The notes beneath the pieces were generated by a model. It had not been told where the DNA came from. It did no database searches and saw only the letters and a list, made by a program, of their open reading frames with translations. A stretch of 64,000 nt of DNA from Acidobacteriota bacterium (GTDB lineage: Bacteria; Acidobacteriota; UBA6911; RPQK01; JADFOI01). Positions 37,151 through 48,298 of the stretch are shown here, one piece after another (positions within the stretch are counted from its first letter, which is position 1; each line of letters begins with the position of its first letter). The position numbers were made by a program, and so were the translations under genes. The stretch spans positions 384,001 to 448,000 of the forward strand of contig OY760074.1 in the NCBI GenBank assembly GCA_963663035.1. Direction: 5' to 3'.

Positions 37151-38095
37151 ATGACTTCGTGCCTTGGTGACATGGTAGCGTTTGTTTTCCCTGGACAAGG
37201 TTCTCAGTACCCTGGAATGGGGAAGGACGTCGCACAGGAGTTTGCAGAAGCTGGTGAGGTCTTCGCCCAGGCTGATTCCGTTCTTGGCTTCTCCTTGAGC
37301 CGGCTCTGCTTTGAGGGGCCCGAGTCCGAGCTTCAGCTGACTGAGACGACTCAGCCTGCCGTTCTGGCGACTTCCATCGCCCTCTTTAGAATCCTTGAAA
37401 AGCAACAGAAATTGCCTGATTTTGTGGCGGGACACAGTCTCGGAGAGTATTCTGCATTGGTGGCTGCTGGTGGGCTTGATTTTCAGGATGCTGTCGGCCT
37501 GGTTCGTCAGAGAGGCCGCTTCATGCAGGAGGCGGTGCCTGTGGGAGAGGGTGCGATGGCAGCGGTGCTGGGCCTGGAGGAGCCAGTTATAGAGGATATC
37601 TGCCGGGAAGCGGCTCAAAGCGAGGTGGTCTCTCCGGCCAACATCAATTCTGCCGACCAGATCGTGATTTCTGGCCATCGCCGAGCCGTGGAACGAGCGG
37701 GTGAGCTAGCCAAAAGGAGAGGAGCACGGAGAGTGCTTTCCCTGCCCGTTAGCGCTCCCTTTCACTGTGCACTGATGGCGCCCGCGCAGGAACGCCTTTC
37801 AGAGGTCATTGGGGAGATCCCATTCCATGACCTCAAGATTCCCCTGGTGAACAACGTCAGAGCTCAACAAGTGACGCGGGGAGAGGAAGCACGCGAGGGC
37901 TTGGTGAGACAGGTTTCATCGGCAGTGCTCTGGTGTGATTGTGTCAAGGAGTTGGTCCGTGCCGGTGTCTCGACTTTTGTCGAGGTGGGACCGGGTAAAG
38001 TGCTCAAGAGTCTCATCCGGAGAATCGCACCCTCGGTTCAAACTCTGAATATCGAAAATCGAGAGCAATTGGAAGACTATGCAGGACTTTGCTAA
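37151..38095 (+). CDS. fabD: Malonyl-CoA:ACP transacylase (start may be 37172)
   Basis: FPGQGSQ, GHSLGEY, VSAPFH, EVGPG. Confidence 0.96.
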   Translation: MTSCLGDMVAFVFPGQGSQYPGMGKDVAQEFAEAGEVFAQADSVLGFSLSRLCFEGPESELQLTETTQPAVLATSIALFRILEKQQKLPDFVAGHSLGEYSALVAAGGLDFQDAVGLVRQRGRFMQEAVPVGEGAMAAVLGLEEPVIEDICREAAQSEVVSPANINSADQIVISGHRRAVERAGELAKRRGARRVLSLPVSAPFHCALMAPAQERLSEVIGEIPFHDLKIPLVNNVRAQQVTRGEEAREGLVRQVSSAVLWCDCVKELVRAGVSTFVEVGPGKVLKSLIRRIAPSVQTLNIENREQLEDYAGLC

Positions 38096-38822
38096 CCAGG
38101 TTGCTCTGGTGACAGGAGCTTCACGCGGTATTGGTCGAAAGGTGGCTGAAGAGCTGGCCTCCCAGGGAGCTTATGTCGTTTTAGCGAGTCGATCCCAGGC
38201 TGAGGTTGAAGCCGCGGCTCAGGAGATTCGTGAAAAAGGGGGAGAAGCCCTGGCCGTGCAGATGGATGTCGGACAAATCGATCAGGTCCGAGGGGCCCTC
38301 TCCAGCATAAAGGATAAAGTTGAGAAGGTGGATATCCTCATTAACAATGCCGGTATCGCCCGCGACAACCTGCTGCTTCGAATGAAGGATGAGGAGTGGG
38401 ACCAGGTATTGAGGACAAACCTGGATGGTCTTTTTTATGTGACCAGGGAAGTGGTTACGGGAATGGTTCGCCAGCGCTATGGCCGGGTGATCAATATCAC
38501 TTCCGTGGTGGCCCAGATGGGAAATCCTGGACAGGTGAATTATGTCAGCAGTAAAGCGGGAATCATTGGATTTACCAAAGCTCTGGCGCGAGAAGTTGCC
38601 TCTCGCAACATTACCGTCAATGCCATTGCCCCGGGTTTCATTGAGACAGATATGACGACCGAGATGGGACAGAAGATGAAGGATGAGCTTCGGGGCAGCA
38701 TACCCCTCAAGCGGCTTGGAAGCGTTGAGGACGTCGCATACGGTGTCCTTTTCCTTGCGGCGAAGGAGGCTGGATATGTCACGGGGCATGTGCTAAATAT
38801 AAACGGCGGTATGTACATGTAA
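38079..38822 (+). CDS. fabG: 3-oxoacyl-ACP reductase
   Basis: [29 protein letters not shown]. Confidence 0.96.
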   Translation: MQDFANQVALVTGASRGIGRKVAEELASQGAYVVLASRSQAEVEAAAQEIREKGGEALAVQMDVGQIDQVRGALSSIKDKVEKVDILINNAGIARDNLLLRMKDEEWDQVLRTNLDGLFYVTREVVTGMVRQRYGRVINITSVVAQMGNPGQVNYVSSKAGIIGFTKALAREVASRNITVNAIAPGFIETDMTTEMGQKMKDELRGSIPLKRLGSVEDVAYGVLFLAAKEAGYVTGHVLNINGGMYM

Positions 38823-38848
38823 CCGTCGGGAATGTGAATGGAGGAGAA

Positions 38849-39085
38849 ATGGCATCAGTAGAAGAACTCATCAAGAAGATCATCGTGGAGCAGCTGGGGG
38901 CCAACGAAGCTGATGTAACGCCGGAAGCTCATTTTGTAGATGATCTTGGAGCCGACTCGTTGGATACGGTTGAACTGGTAATGAAGTTTGAAGAGGACTT
39001 CGATATCGAGATTCCGGACGAGGACGCTGAAAAGATTCAGACAGTGCAAAACGCTATCGAATACATCAACTCTCATCAGAAATAA
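38849..39085 (+). CDS. acpP: Acyl carrier protein
   Basis: [14 protein letters not shown]; GGAGGAG RBS before ATG 38849. Confidence 0.97.
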   Translation: MASVEELIKKIIVEQLGANEADVTPEAHFVDDLGADSLDTVELVMKFEEDFDIEIPDEDAEKIQTVQNAIEYINSHQK

Positions 39086-39100
39086 TTTCCGGAGTCAAGC

Positions 39101-40342
39101 TTGGCAAGAAGGGTTGTAGTGACAGGCGTGGGGCTGGTTTCGGCCCTGGGTCTGGACACAGACACGACATGGAGAAGCCTGCTGCAGGGCAAGAGCGGGG
39201 TTGGCCCTATTACGCACTTCGATGCCAGTGACTTTTCCGCCAGAATCGCTGCCGAAGTCAAGAACCTCGATCCTGTGGCCTATGTGGGTGTCAAGGATGC
39301 GCGCAAGATGGACCTCTTTATCCTTTACGCCATCGCGGCCAGCGACCTTGCCTTTAGCAGTGCCTCTCTTCGAGTCACCAAGGAAAATGCCGAGCACATA
39401 GGAGTTTACATCGGTTCGGGCATCGGTGGATTCGGAACCATTGAGGAACAACACACCAATTTCCTGAACAAAGGTCCCCGCAGGATTTCTCCTTTCTTTA
39501 TCCCGGCCACCATTGGGAACTTGGCCACCGGGCAGGTTTCCATTCGGCTGGGGACGACCGGTCCCAACTCCGCCACTTGTACCGCCTGTTCGGCGGGTAG
39601 TCATGCCATTGGAGACTCCTTCAAGATTATTGAGCGCGGGGCTGCTGATGTGATGATCGCAGGAGGCGCGGAAGCAGCCATTACTCCCATGGGAGTGGGA
39701 GGGTTTGCGGCCATGCGGGCGCTCTCCACTCGCAATGAGGAACCGGAGAAGGCCAGCCGACCCTTTGACCGCGACCGCGACGGTTTCGTGATCGGTGAAG
39801 GCGCGGGTATTGTTGTGCTGGAAGAGTTGGAGCACGCTCTTAGCAGAGGCGCTTCGATTGCTGCTGAGATCGTGGGCTATGGCATGAGTGGGGATGCGTT
39901 CCATATCACTGCTCCTCCGGAGGATGCTTCTGGAGCAGTTCGGGCGATGAGAGCCACCCTCGAGGACGCCGGTGTTGATCCCACGGAAGTCGACTACATC
40001 AACGCCCATGGGACCAGTACTTCGGCCAATGACCGTATCGAGACCAAGGCCATCAAGGCGGTTTTTGCAGAGCACGCTTATAAGCTGGCCATCAGCTCCA
40101 CCAAGTCGATGACCGGGCACCTTCTGGGTGCTGCTGGCGGCCTGGAAGCAGGGGTCAGCGCACTTGTCCTAAGAGATCAAGAGATACCGCCCACCATCAA
40201 CCTGGAAAACCCGGATCCAGAATGCGACCTGGATTATGTGCCCAATAAGGCTCGGAAGGCAGACCTTCGCTATGTGATGTCCAACTCGTTTGGCTTCGGT
40301 GGTACCAACGCCTGCCTTTTGCTGAAGAGGTACCAGGACTAA
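39101..40342 (+). CDS. fabF: Beta-ketoacyl-ACP synthase II
   Basis: [27 protein letters not shown]. Confidence 0.97.
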   Translation: MARRVVVTGVGLVSALGLDTDTTWRSLLQGKSGVGPITHFDASDFSARIAAEVKNLDPVAYVGVKDARKMDLFILYAIAASDLAFSSASLRVTKENAEHIGVYIGSGIGGFGTIEEQHTNFLNKGPRRISPFFIPATIGNLATGQVSIRLGTTGPNSATCTACSAGSHAIGDSFKIIERGAADVMIAGGAEAAITPMGVGGFAAMRALSTRNEEPEKASRPFDRDRDGFVIGEGAGIVVLEELEHALSRGASIAAEIVGYGMSGDAFHITAPPEDASGAVRAMRATLEDAGVDPTEVDYINAHGTSTSANDRIETKAIKAVFAEHAYKLAISSTKSMTGHLLGAAGGLEAGVSALVLRDQEIPPTINLENPDPECDLDYVPNKARKADLRYVMSNSFGFGGTNACLLLKRYQD

Positions 40343-40358
40343 CCAGCGGACTAGCTAG

Positions 40359-40630
40359 TGTCTTGTCCCATGAATACCATGACGTTTGTGGCGAGCGCGA
40401 CGGCTTCGAGTTCGCGAAGCGACGACGACGAGATGTCTGTGTGCATCGCGGAGGAGGAGCGACAAAGAAATCGATGCTGTCCCGGCGCCACCCTTCGGGC
40501 TGATGGGGGTTGCGGGCGATCTCTGTGTCGCTCGTCGTCGCCGATGTCCATGACATCTCCTCCTCCGCGCTCCTTGATCTCCCCTCCCAAGCCCAATCAG
40601 CAAACATCTGGGTATACATGGGACGAGACA
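40359..40630 (+). mobile_element. MITE-like element family B, copy B2 (272 bp)
   Basis: TIRs TGTCTTGTCCCATGAATACC and (rc) TGTCTCGTCCCATGTATACC; interior CCCTTCGGGC-x-GATGGGGGTTGCGGGCGATCTCT shared with B1. Confidence 0.8.
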
Positions 40631-40641
40631 CTTACAGATTG

Positions 40642-40650
40642 TGGTATAAT
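40642..40650 (+). promoter_or_regulatory. Extended -10 promoter candidate
   Basis: TGGTATAAT (TG-N-TATAAT), 125 bp upstream of the HD-7TM gene. Confidence 0.5.
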
Positions 40651-40775
40651 ACCCTGGTACAGGAAGATGACTCCATCCTTGCTTTCCCACATTCCCAAAA
40701 AGCCCCTATTTCTCGCCTGTGGCTAGAAACCAATCGCGGGTGTGATGTCCCGCACTCTTATGTCTTTAATTCCCA

Positions 40776-43142
40776 ATGGCTGATAAATCTTCAGGAAAAT
40801 CAAGTCAAAGAAGCCGGTTGGCCAAAATCTTCCTGGGAAGCAGGAAGACGTCCAAGGACCGGGTTGCCCCGCTGACGCTTCTCGAGATCCTCATCGGGAT
40901 TGGAATCGCGCTGGCGGTGACCTCATTGTTGGTGGGATTTGAGTTTCAGAGCATCCCTGATTACCAGATCGGTGACATTGCGGACCGGACGATTGAAGCC
41001 CCACGTGACTTTACCGTTGAAGATCAAGAGGCCACTTTTCAAGCCCGAGAGGAAATCCGAGAGACCGTGCCCGTGATTTTTGATCTTGATCTGAGAGTGA
41101 ACAGCTTGACGACAGCAGAGCTGCGAGGCGCCTTCACAGAAGCACGGCGGTTGATTGCTGAAGAGGGATTAGGTGCTTCTGAGACCAACCGGCTGTCCCG
41201 ACAGGCCCGTGCCGCTCTGCTCCCGCGCTTGAGGGAAATCCTTCCGAGATTGGCTCAGGGTGATGTACTGGAGATTTGTCTGAGACAATCCTTCTCTCCC
41301 TCCCTGGAGAATCAGATGCTGGCGTTGGTTCAGGAGGGGATGAAGCCTCCAGGCGTGGTCTTGCGCCGTGATGAGCTCCTGCGCTACCAGGACCGGGGAT
41401 TGATTCTGCGCAATCTGATGACAGGCCAGGATGAACTGCTCAACGACTGGATGGCTATTCGAGACTTAAGTCAGGCACGCGACCTCCTTCGACAAAATGA
41501 GTATCAGCTGACTGCAGTTAGCGGCGAGGAGAAAAAAGAGATTATTACTTTTCTGGACAGCTGGATTGTCCCCAATGTGAGCTACAACCAGAGCGAAAGC
41601 CGTGCTCTGGAAGATCTTGTCATGCAAGAGGTGGACCCGGTTCTGCTACAGATCAAAAGGGGAAGGATTCTGGTTCGCGCTGGAGATGAGGTTGAAGCCA
41701 GAGACAGGGTACTCTTGCAGCAGCTCATGACGCTTCAGCAGCCACGTCGACTGTTGGGCCAGTTCATCGGCATCTTCCTGATTGTGAGCTTCTTCTCCCT
41801 GGCAATCTGGCAGTATCTCCTGCTTTACCTGAAAAAGGAGAGAAAGATTCGCAATCGCTATCTGCTGCTTGCTCTGATCTTGTTTGGGAACCTATTGCTG
41901 ACCAAGATTTTCATTTTTCTGGTAGATGTGTTTGCCCTACGCCTGGGCGAAGAGCTTCAGGACCCTCTGAATTTTTATTTTCTGGCGCCTCTGGCACTGG
42001 GAGCGATTCTTACCATTCTCCTGGTGAACATCCAGATCTCTATTCTCTACGCCCTGACATTTTCCGTCTTTATTGGTCTTCTCACCGGAGAGACCGGGCT
42101 ATTCATCTATTCGCTGGCGGGAAGTTTGGCGGCCATCTATATTTTGGACCAGTACCGAGAACGGGCAGCCATCATCAAAGGGGGAGCCGTGGTTGGCCTT
42201 GTGAATATCGTGGTGGTGCTGGCTCTTCAGCTCTCCGCTTCGGAAACCGCTTTTCAAGCGGTCCCGTTTGCGGCGCGCGCTTCCAGCGGATTATTGAGTG
42301 GTCTGTTCGCGGCCATGTTGGCCTCGCTCCTTTTGCCCCTCCTGGAATCCTTGTTCGAGATTACGACCGATATCAAACTGCTTGAACTGTCGAACTTGAA
42401 CACTCCTATTTTGCAACGCCTGGCTGTGGAAGCTCCTGGAACCTACCACCACAGTATTATCGTCGGGACGCTGGCGGAGGCAGCAGCGGAAGCGACAGGT
42501 GCCAGTGCCCTGTTGGTTCGCGTGGGCGCCTATTATCACGACATTGGGAAGTTGAAGACGCCAGAATACTACGTGGAGAACCAGATATACGTTTCCAATA
42601 AACATGAGAAGCTCTTACCCAGTATGTCCAGCCTGATCCTGGCCAGCCACGTCAAGGACGGTCTGGCCCTTGCCGAGGAGATCAACCTGGTTCCCGAGGT
42701 TTCTGACCTCATCCCTCAGCACCACGGCACCAGGTTGATGAAATACTTTTATGAGAAGGCAAAAGACGCTGCTGGGGGAAAGGACCGGAAGGTCAACGAA
42801 AATGAGTTCCGATATCCTGGCCCCAAGCCTCAAAGTAAAGAAGCTGCTATCCTGATGTTGGCGGATCAGGTGGAGGCTGCTGCCCGGACCCTGCAGGATC
42901 CGGGTCCGAGTCAAATTCGCAACTTGATCAGGCGCTTGATCGAGGTCAACATTCAAGACAAACAGTTCGACGAATGTGACATCACCATGAAAGATCTGGA
43001 CAAGATTCTCCAGACTTTCGAGCGGGTGCTTACGGGTGTACATCATCACCGGATCGAATACCCGGGTTTTGACTTTAATAAGCAGGTGGATGAGAAGCAA
43101 CAGTTTGAGGAGACGCAAACCGAAGGTCAACGTATTCAATAG
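40776..43142 (+). CDS. 7TM-HD (HDIG) membrane phosphohydrolase, PgpH-like
   Basis: Extracellular domain, ~7 TM, EAPGTYHHS, YYHDIGK, QHHGT, FRYPGPKPQSKEAAILMLAD; upstream of ybeY. Confidence 0.92.
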   Translation: MADKSSGKSSQRSRLAKIFLGSRKTSKDRVAPLTLLEILIGIGIALAVTSLLVGFEFQSIPDYQIGDIADRTIEAPRDFTVEDQEATFQAREEIRETVPVIFDLDLRVNSLTTAELRGAFTEARRLIAEEGLGASETNRLSRQARAALLPRLREILPRLAQGDVLEICLRQSFSPSLENQMLALVQEGMKPPGVVLRRDELLRYQDRGLILRNLMTGQDELLNDWMAIRDLSQARDLLRQNEYQLTAVSGEEKKEIITFLDSWIVPNVSYNQSESRALEDLVMQEVDPVLLQIKRGRILVRAGDEVEARDRVLLQQLMTLQQPRRLLGQFIGIFLIVSFFSLAIWQYLLLYLKKERKIRNRYLLLALILFGNLLLTKIFIFLVDVFALRLGEELQDPLNFYFLAPLALGAILTILLVNIQISILYALTFSVFIGLLTGETGLFIYSLAGSLAAIYILDQYRERAAIIKGGAVVGLVNIVVVLALQLSASETAFQAVPFAARASSGLLSGLFAAMLASLLLPLLESLFEITTDIKLLELSNLNTPILQRLAVEAPGTYHHSIIVGTLAEAAAEATGASALLVRVGAYYHDIGKLKTPEYYVENQIYVSNKHEKLLPSMSSLILASHVKDGLALAEEINLVPEVSDLIPQHHGTRLMKYFYEKAKDAAGGKDRKVNENEFRYPGPKPQSKEAAILMLADQVEAAARTLQDPGPSQIRNLIRRLIEVNIQDKQFDECDITMKDLDKILQTFERVLTGVHHHRIEYPGFDFNKQVDEKQQFEETQTEGQRIQ

Positions 43143-43533
43143 ACAGCACAAGTTTGTTATTGAGATGGAGGAGTTGAGAAACTTTCTTGATCAGCTCTCC
43201 AGTCAGATGGTCCTGCAGACCGGTTTTTCAGTGGTGCTGGTCAGTGATGCGGCGATGAGAGACTACAATCGGGAATTTCGCGGAAAGAATCGATCCACCG
43301 ATGTTCTCTCATTCCCCAACCAGGAGGATGAGGGGGACGAAGAGCCTTATTTGGGAGATATTCTCATCTGTGTGGAGGCCGCGGCCCGCCAGGAGAAACA
43401 CAGTTTACTGCAGGAACTTCAGGTGCTTTCCCTTCATGGATTGCTCCATCTTCTCGGATACGATCACGATACCGATCAAGGAGAGATGGAAACGCTGGAG
43501 AGAAAACTGAGGAGGAAATTTCAACTTCATTGA
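43090..43533 (+). CDS. ybeY: rRNA maturation RNase YbeY (start uncertain)
   Basis: TDVLSF, LGDI, HGLLHLLGYDH. Confidence 0.93.
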   Translation: MRSNSLRRRKPKVNVFNRQHKFVIEMEELRNFLDQLSSQMVLQTGFSVVLVSDAAMRDYNREFRGKNRSTDVLSFPNQEDEGDEEPYLGDILICVEAAARQEKHSLLQELQVLSLHGLLHLLGYDHDTDQGEMETLERKLRRKFQLH

Positions 43534-44810
43534 GTTGGTCTAGCCTGGGGTTTTTCACAGTCGCCTGTCTCGTTCTCTTGCTCTTCTTGCTCTCCATACT
43601 GGAGAGTTCCATCTCGCGCCTCTCCCGACTGACACTGAGAGTTCTGGCCGAGAGAGAAAAGAGCCCCAAACTCCATCTTTTGGAGGCCATCGCAGAAGAT
43701 CGTATCCAGTTTCTGCTGCCCCTGAAGTTTGGAGCTCAGCTGTCCATTGTCAGCTCAGCCGTCCTCATCTCCTGGTTGCTCTTCCGTTTAGATGTAGCCT
43801 ATGCTGCCGGGTGGGCTTTGGCTGGGATGGTGGCAATCGTATCCCTGTTCCGGCAGTTGTTTCCGAGACTGATCACTCAGTCTCGGGCGGAACGGGTTCT
43901 CCTCCGTTTTCTACCTCCTTTCAGAAGCTTCTATCCGGTTTTGTGCTGGGTAAGTTCTCCACTGTCCACCCTCCTGCGGTTTTCCAAGGCTTCCAATGAG
44001 AGGAACCATCTGCCCAACGGTTCCGAAGAAGAAGCCAGTGAGGAGGAAATACAGGCTTATCTCGGAGTGGGAGAGGAGGAAGGAATCATAGAGGAGGATG
44101 AAAGTGAGTTGATCCAGTCTGCTCTCGAATTCGGGGACAGGCTGGTCCGTGAAATCATGACTCCACGCACGGAAATCGTGTCTATTGAGGAAAAGGCCAC
44201 GATTGCTGAAGTGAAGGATCTCATCGTCTCCAGCAAGTTCTCGCGAATCCCGGTATACCGGGATTCGCTCGATCAGACCATCGGCGTCGTGTTCGTCCGC
44301 AATCTTCTGAGTTATCTCAGCGACGGGGGAGGGGAGGCTCCCATTACCCCATTGATCCATAAGGCATTGTTTGTGCCTGAGACAAAAAAAGTATCGAAAT
44401 TGTTAAAGGAGATGCAGCACAAGGCGGAGCATCTGGCCATCTTGATTAATGAGTACGGAGCTGTATCAGGATTGGTGACGATGGAGGATATGATCGAGGA
44501 GATTGTGGGAGAGATTCGTGATGAGGACGAGCTTGAGAGAATCGATCTGACTGACGCGGGGGACGGAAGCTACATCGTCAGTGGAGGAGCCGAGATTAAG
44601 GAGTTGGAAGAGACCCTCAGCATCGATTTCGGAGATCTGGATGTGACCACCGTGTCCGGGCTCATTGTGGGTCATCTGGGTAAAGTTCCTTCGCCCGGCG
44701 AAACCGTCCAGTTAAACGGACTGTTAGTTGAAATTCTCAGCGCGGATCAGAAAAGGATTCAAAGCATGCGAATGAGGAAGTCGGAACACAGAGAGAGAGA
44801 CAGTCAATAA
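43530..44810 (+). CDS. Hemolysin/CNNM-CBS-CorC family protein
   Basis: N-terminal TMs, VREIMTPR, FSRIPVY, NEYGAVSGLVTMEDMIEEIVGEIRDE. Confidence 0.92.
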   Translation: MSWSSLGFFTVACLVLLLFLLSILESSISRLSRLTLRVLAEREKSPKLHLLEAIAEDRIQFLLPLKFGAQLSIVSSAVLISWLLFRLDVAYAAGWALAGMVAIVSLFRQLFPRLITQSRAERVLLRFLPPFRSFYPVLCWVSSPLSTLLRFSKASNERNHLPNGSEEEASEEEIQAYLGVGEEEGIIEEDESELIQSALEFGDRLVREIMTPRTEIVSIEEKATIAEVKDLIVSSKFSRIPVYRDSLDQTIGVVFVRNLLSYLSDGGGEAPITPLIHKALFVPETKKVSKLLKEMQHKAEHLAILINEYGAVSGLVTMEDMIEEIVGEIRDEDELERIDLTDAGDGSYIVSGGAEIKELEETLSIDFGDLDVTTVSGLIVGHLGKVPSPGETVQLNGLLVEILSADQKRIQSMRMRKSEHRERDSQ

Positions 44811-44848
44811 AAGAGAGCAGGGCGGAGCTGGGAGACGAAACCGAAGCA

Positions 44849-45940
44849 GTGCACGAACGGTTCATGAAGCGGGCCTTCGCTTTGGCCCGTCGGGGGATGG
44901 GGCGAGTCAGCCCGAATCCCCTGGTGGGAGCAGTAGTCGTCCAGAACGGGCAGATTGTGGGTGAGGGGTATCACCTCTACCAGAAAAAAGATCATGCCGA
45001 GGTTGTGGCGCTCCAGAGGGCCGGCCCAGGGAGTGCCGGGGCGAGCCTTTACATCAATCTGGAGCCCTGTACCCATCACGGAAGAACCCCTCCCTGTGTG
45101 GATCGAATCGTTGAGGCCCGTGTGAGCAGGGTGTTTGTGGCTGGAAGGGATCCCAACCCGCAGGTAGCCGGCCAGGGAATTGGACGGCTACAAGAACAGG
45201 GAGTCGGTGTTCATGAGGATCTCTGCCGGGAAGAGGCCATTCACCTCAACGAAAAGTTTCTTCACTTCATTGAAACGAGCCGGCCCTTTGTACTCCTCAA
45301 GCTGGCACTGACGCTGGACGGCAAGATCGCTACCAGCGGTGGTGAATCTCAGTGGATCACCGGAAAAAAGGCACGAAAAGAGGGCCACCGGCTCCGTTAC
45401 GAGTATGATGCGATTCTGGTGGGAATCGATACCATTCTGCAAGACGATCCCGCCCTGGACGTTCGTTGGACCCGCCCCAACTCCATTGTCAAGGTGATTC
45501 TGGACTCGAAACTGCGCACGCCCAGTAAGGCCAGGCTTTTCAACTCCTCTGATCGCATCATCATCTTCTGTGGCCGCGACGCACCAAAAGGAAAGTTCGA
45601 GACCTTATCCAAACAGGCCACCGTCATTCAGGTGCCCGGGAAAAAGGGACAGCTTGATTGGAGAGAAGTCCTGACAGAGCTGGGTCAGTTGAAAGTGACC
45701 AGTCTGATCATCGAAGGGGGCAGCCGGGTTGCTGCCTCGGCCCTGCAAGCAGGCATCGTTCAAAAAATAAATTTCTTTTACGGCTCCAAGATTTTTGGAG
45801 GCAGTGGCCGCTCTGGCATTGAAAACCTGGGGGTTGGACGCGTGGAGGAGGCACTGAAACTGAGGGGAATTCGTCTGAAACGCCTCTCAGGTGATTTTGG
45901 AGTGGAAGCTTACCTGGACACTTCAGTTTCCCTCTCGTGA
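44849..45940 (+). CDS. ribD: Bifunctional riboflavin deaminase/reductase
   Basis: PNPLVGAV, HAE, LEPCTHHGRTPPC, LDGKIA, SQWIT, IEGG. Confidence 0.96.
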   Translation: MHERFMKRAFALARRGMGRVSPNPLVGAVVVQNGQIVGEGYHLYQKKDHAEVVALQRAGPGSAGASLYINLEPCTHHGRTPPCVDRIVEARVSRVFVAGRDPNPQVAGQGIGRLQEQGVGVHEDLCREEAIHLNEKFLHFIETSRPFVLLKLALTLDGKIATSGGESQWITGKKARKEGHRLRYEYDAILVGIDTILQDDPALDVRWTRPNSIVKVILDSKLRTPSKARLFNSSDRIIIFCGRDAPKGKFETLSKQATVIQVPGKKGQLDWREVLTELGQLKVTSLIIEGGSRVAASALQAGIVQKINFFYGSKIFGGSGRSGIENLGVGRVEEALKLRGIRLKRLSGDFGVEAYLDTSVSLS

Positions 45941-46410
45941 GTCTCACTTCCACGATCCTCAGGAGAGCTCTCAGGATTCCCGGAACCTGCGAATGCCGGG
46001 TGTGTATTCAAAAACGTGTCAAGATGCCCGGAAAAGTCCTGGAAATAATCCTTTGAGCGCAATTTGCAATTCACCGGCTCGGTGGGATGCTGTGCCTTTT
46101 GAATGAGAGCATTTTCAAACCTGCGAATGGGGCCCACGATCCGGTGGCTGAACAAGATGCTGATGAATCCAACCAGGCCAAGAGCAAAAATGAATTCCCA
46201 CCAGTGCTCCATACAGAAAGAGAGCAACGAGTAGAGGGGTTGTAATTTTTCCGTGTCGTTACCCATCAACTGGTTGGCAATCGGGTCTGCCAGGGACAGG
46301 ACCAGAAAAAACAGAGGAAAGAGCAGGGCATAAAGGACAAGCTCCATAGCAAAGCGGAGCTGCTGCTTTTTGTCGATGAATTTAGTCCGCCGAGCTCCCT
46401 TGTAGTACAT
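45910..46410 (-). CDS. Hypothetical two-TM membrane protein with HAMP-like segment
   Basis: Two hydrophobic segments followed by FSHRIVGPIRRFENAL...LRSKD; GGAG RBS. Confidence 0.7.
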   Translation of the reverse strand: MYYKGARRTKFIDKKQQLRFAMELVLYALLFPLFFLVLSLADPIANQLMGNDTEKLQPLYSLLSFCMEHWWEFIFALGLVGFISILFSHRIVGPIRRFENALIQKAQHPTEPVNCKLRSKDYFQDFSGHLDTFLNTHPAFAGSGNPESSPEDRGSETHERETEVSR

Positions 46411-46486
46411 CTCTTTGCTCCTAGATATACTTTCCCATATTTACCGAGGTGGGAGCAATTTGACGCCGGGCAGGCACGATTTTCGA

Positions 46487-46785
46487 TCAGAATGCCGGCT
46501 CGGCATCTGGAGTGATTTCGCGCAACCCTTCCATTTTGTAGGGGAGAAGGCTGAGTGCGAGTCGGATGCCGCTTTTCTGGTAATAAAGCTTGGAGGGTTG
46601 CCCGTCTTCATCAATCTCGAAGTCGGGAGTACTGTACGCTCCACCGTCAATGAAGGTAGACAAAAGGCCACCCAATATACGCACCTCACCATCGTCATCG
46701 AAGTCAAGTTGTTCTGCATTGACCAGAACTAAGCCGCGGAAGGTGAAGTCCCCTTCAAAGTCCAGTTTAGCGTTATTTCCCCCAC
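46487..46785 (-). pseudogene. 3' remnant of a gene truncated by IS3 copy 3 (resembles the C-terminus of PilX-like pilus proteins)
   Basis: Frame open from the IS end: GGNNAKLDFEGDFTFRGLVLV...RILGGLL...YYQKSGIRLALSLLP...LREITP; no 5' half is recognisable beyond the IS. Confidence 0.55.
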
Positions 46786-48052
46786 TGACCTTGCCCCCTA
46801 AAACGAGTCCAGTTTGAATGTTAGGATTTCCGGTTTAGGAAGGAGGCAAGGATGGCAGGGAAGCGGTTTAGGGCAGAACAGATCATCATGAAGCTGCGTG
46901 AGGCAGAGGTGGGTCTGGCCCAAGGACAGAGGGTGGGACAGGTGTCGAAGCAGATGGGGGTGAGCGAGCAGACCTACTACCGGTGGCGCAAAGAGTACGG
47001 AGGGCTCCGGTTGGACCAGGCCAAGAGGTTGAAGGTGTTGGAGAAGGAGAATACCCGGTTGAAGAAGCTGGTGGCGGATCTGTCTTTGGACAAGCAGATC
47101 CTGAAGGAAGTGTCCTCGGGAAACTTCTAGGCCCGGCGAACAGGAGACGAGCGGTGATGTGGGTACGAGAGCGATTAGGAGCAGAGCGAGTCTCCGAACG
47201 TCGGGCCTGCCAAGTGCTGGGACAGGTTCGATCGACCCAGCGAAGGGAAAGGCAAATTCCCGATGATGAGGCCCGATTGGTGGCCCGGATGGTGGAGTTG
47301 GCTACGCAATACGGGCGTTATGGCTACCGGCGGGTCACGGCGATACTTCATGGGGAAGGGTGGAAGGTGAATCCTAAGCGGGTGGAGAGGCTGTGGAGAC
47401 AAGAAGGGCTGAAAGTCCCGTCCAGACAGCCGAAACGAAGGAGGCTGTGGCTTAATGACGGTTCCTGTGTTCGGTTACGAGCGGCTCGCAAGAACCACGT
47501 CTGGAGCTATGATTTCGTGCATGAACGGACCCATGATGGGCGAGCCTTTCGGCTATTGACGATCCTGGATGAGTACACCAGAGAGTGCCTCGCCATTGAT
47601 GTGAAACGGCAGATGAATCACCAAGACGTGTTGGACCGGCTGGCGGAGTTATTCGTTGATCGGGGAGTGCCTGAGTTTATCCGGTCCGATAACGGATCGG
47701 AGTTTACGGCACAGGCGGTCCGGGACTGGCTGCAGGCTGTTGGGGTAAGGACCTTGTACATCGAGCCGGGCAGCCCCTGGGAGAATGGGTACATTGAGAG
47801 TTTCAACGGGAAACTACGGGATGAGCTGCTGAACATGGAGATCTTCGACACGCTGGGGGAAGCCAAGGTGTTGGTAGAACGCTGGCGGAGGGATTACAAT
47901 CAGATCCGGCCTCACAGCGCCTTGGCCTATCGGCCGCCGGCGCCAGAGGCCAAACTACCTAGGTCGCAGGCACTGGATCCAATCCCTTGGAGTGGACTTC
48001 AAATGGTCCCGGGTCTAGCATAGAGGGTGGACTCGTTCGTGGGGGCAGGTCA
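46786..48052 (+). mobile_element. IS3-family insertion sequence, copy 3 (1267 bp)
   Basis: Same IRs, length and translations as copies 1 and 2. Confidence 0.97.
46852..48023 (+). CDS. IS3-family transposase OrfAB (-1 frameshift)
   Basis: orfA 46852-47130 and orfB to 48023; proteins identical to copy 1. Confidence 0.95.
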
Positions 48053-48298
48053 CAGGACAGCTTGCCCTTTTCTTTATCAGCAGTCATCAATTTCTCGAAC
48101 CACAGGCCCCTCGTGACCCATTTAGCCAGTTATTTGGCAAACTTAACTGAACAGGCAATTTCCATTCCACAGTGTGACGAATTCAGGGTCGCATCTGCGC
48201 AATGCCTGCAGTTGCAGGGATTACCACTCAATGATGGGAATCTGGGGGGGGCGATTCTTCCCAGCGATGTTAACCAGGGTTTACGAATCGTGCAAGGT

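Noticed and set aside
48173-48188. CRP-like site TGTGA...TCAGG downstream of the CRP-family gene
   Set aside because: Spacer is 5 rather than 6 and the second half-site is poor.
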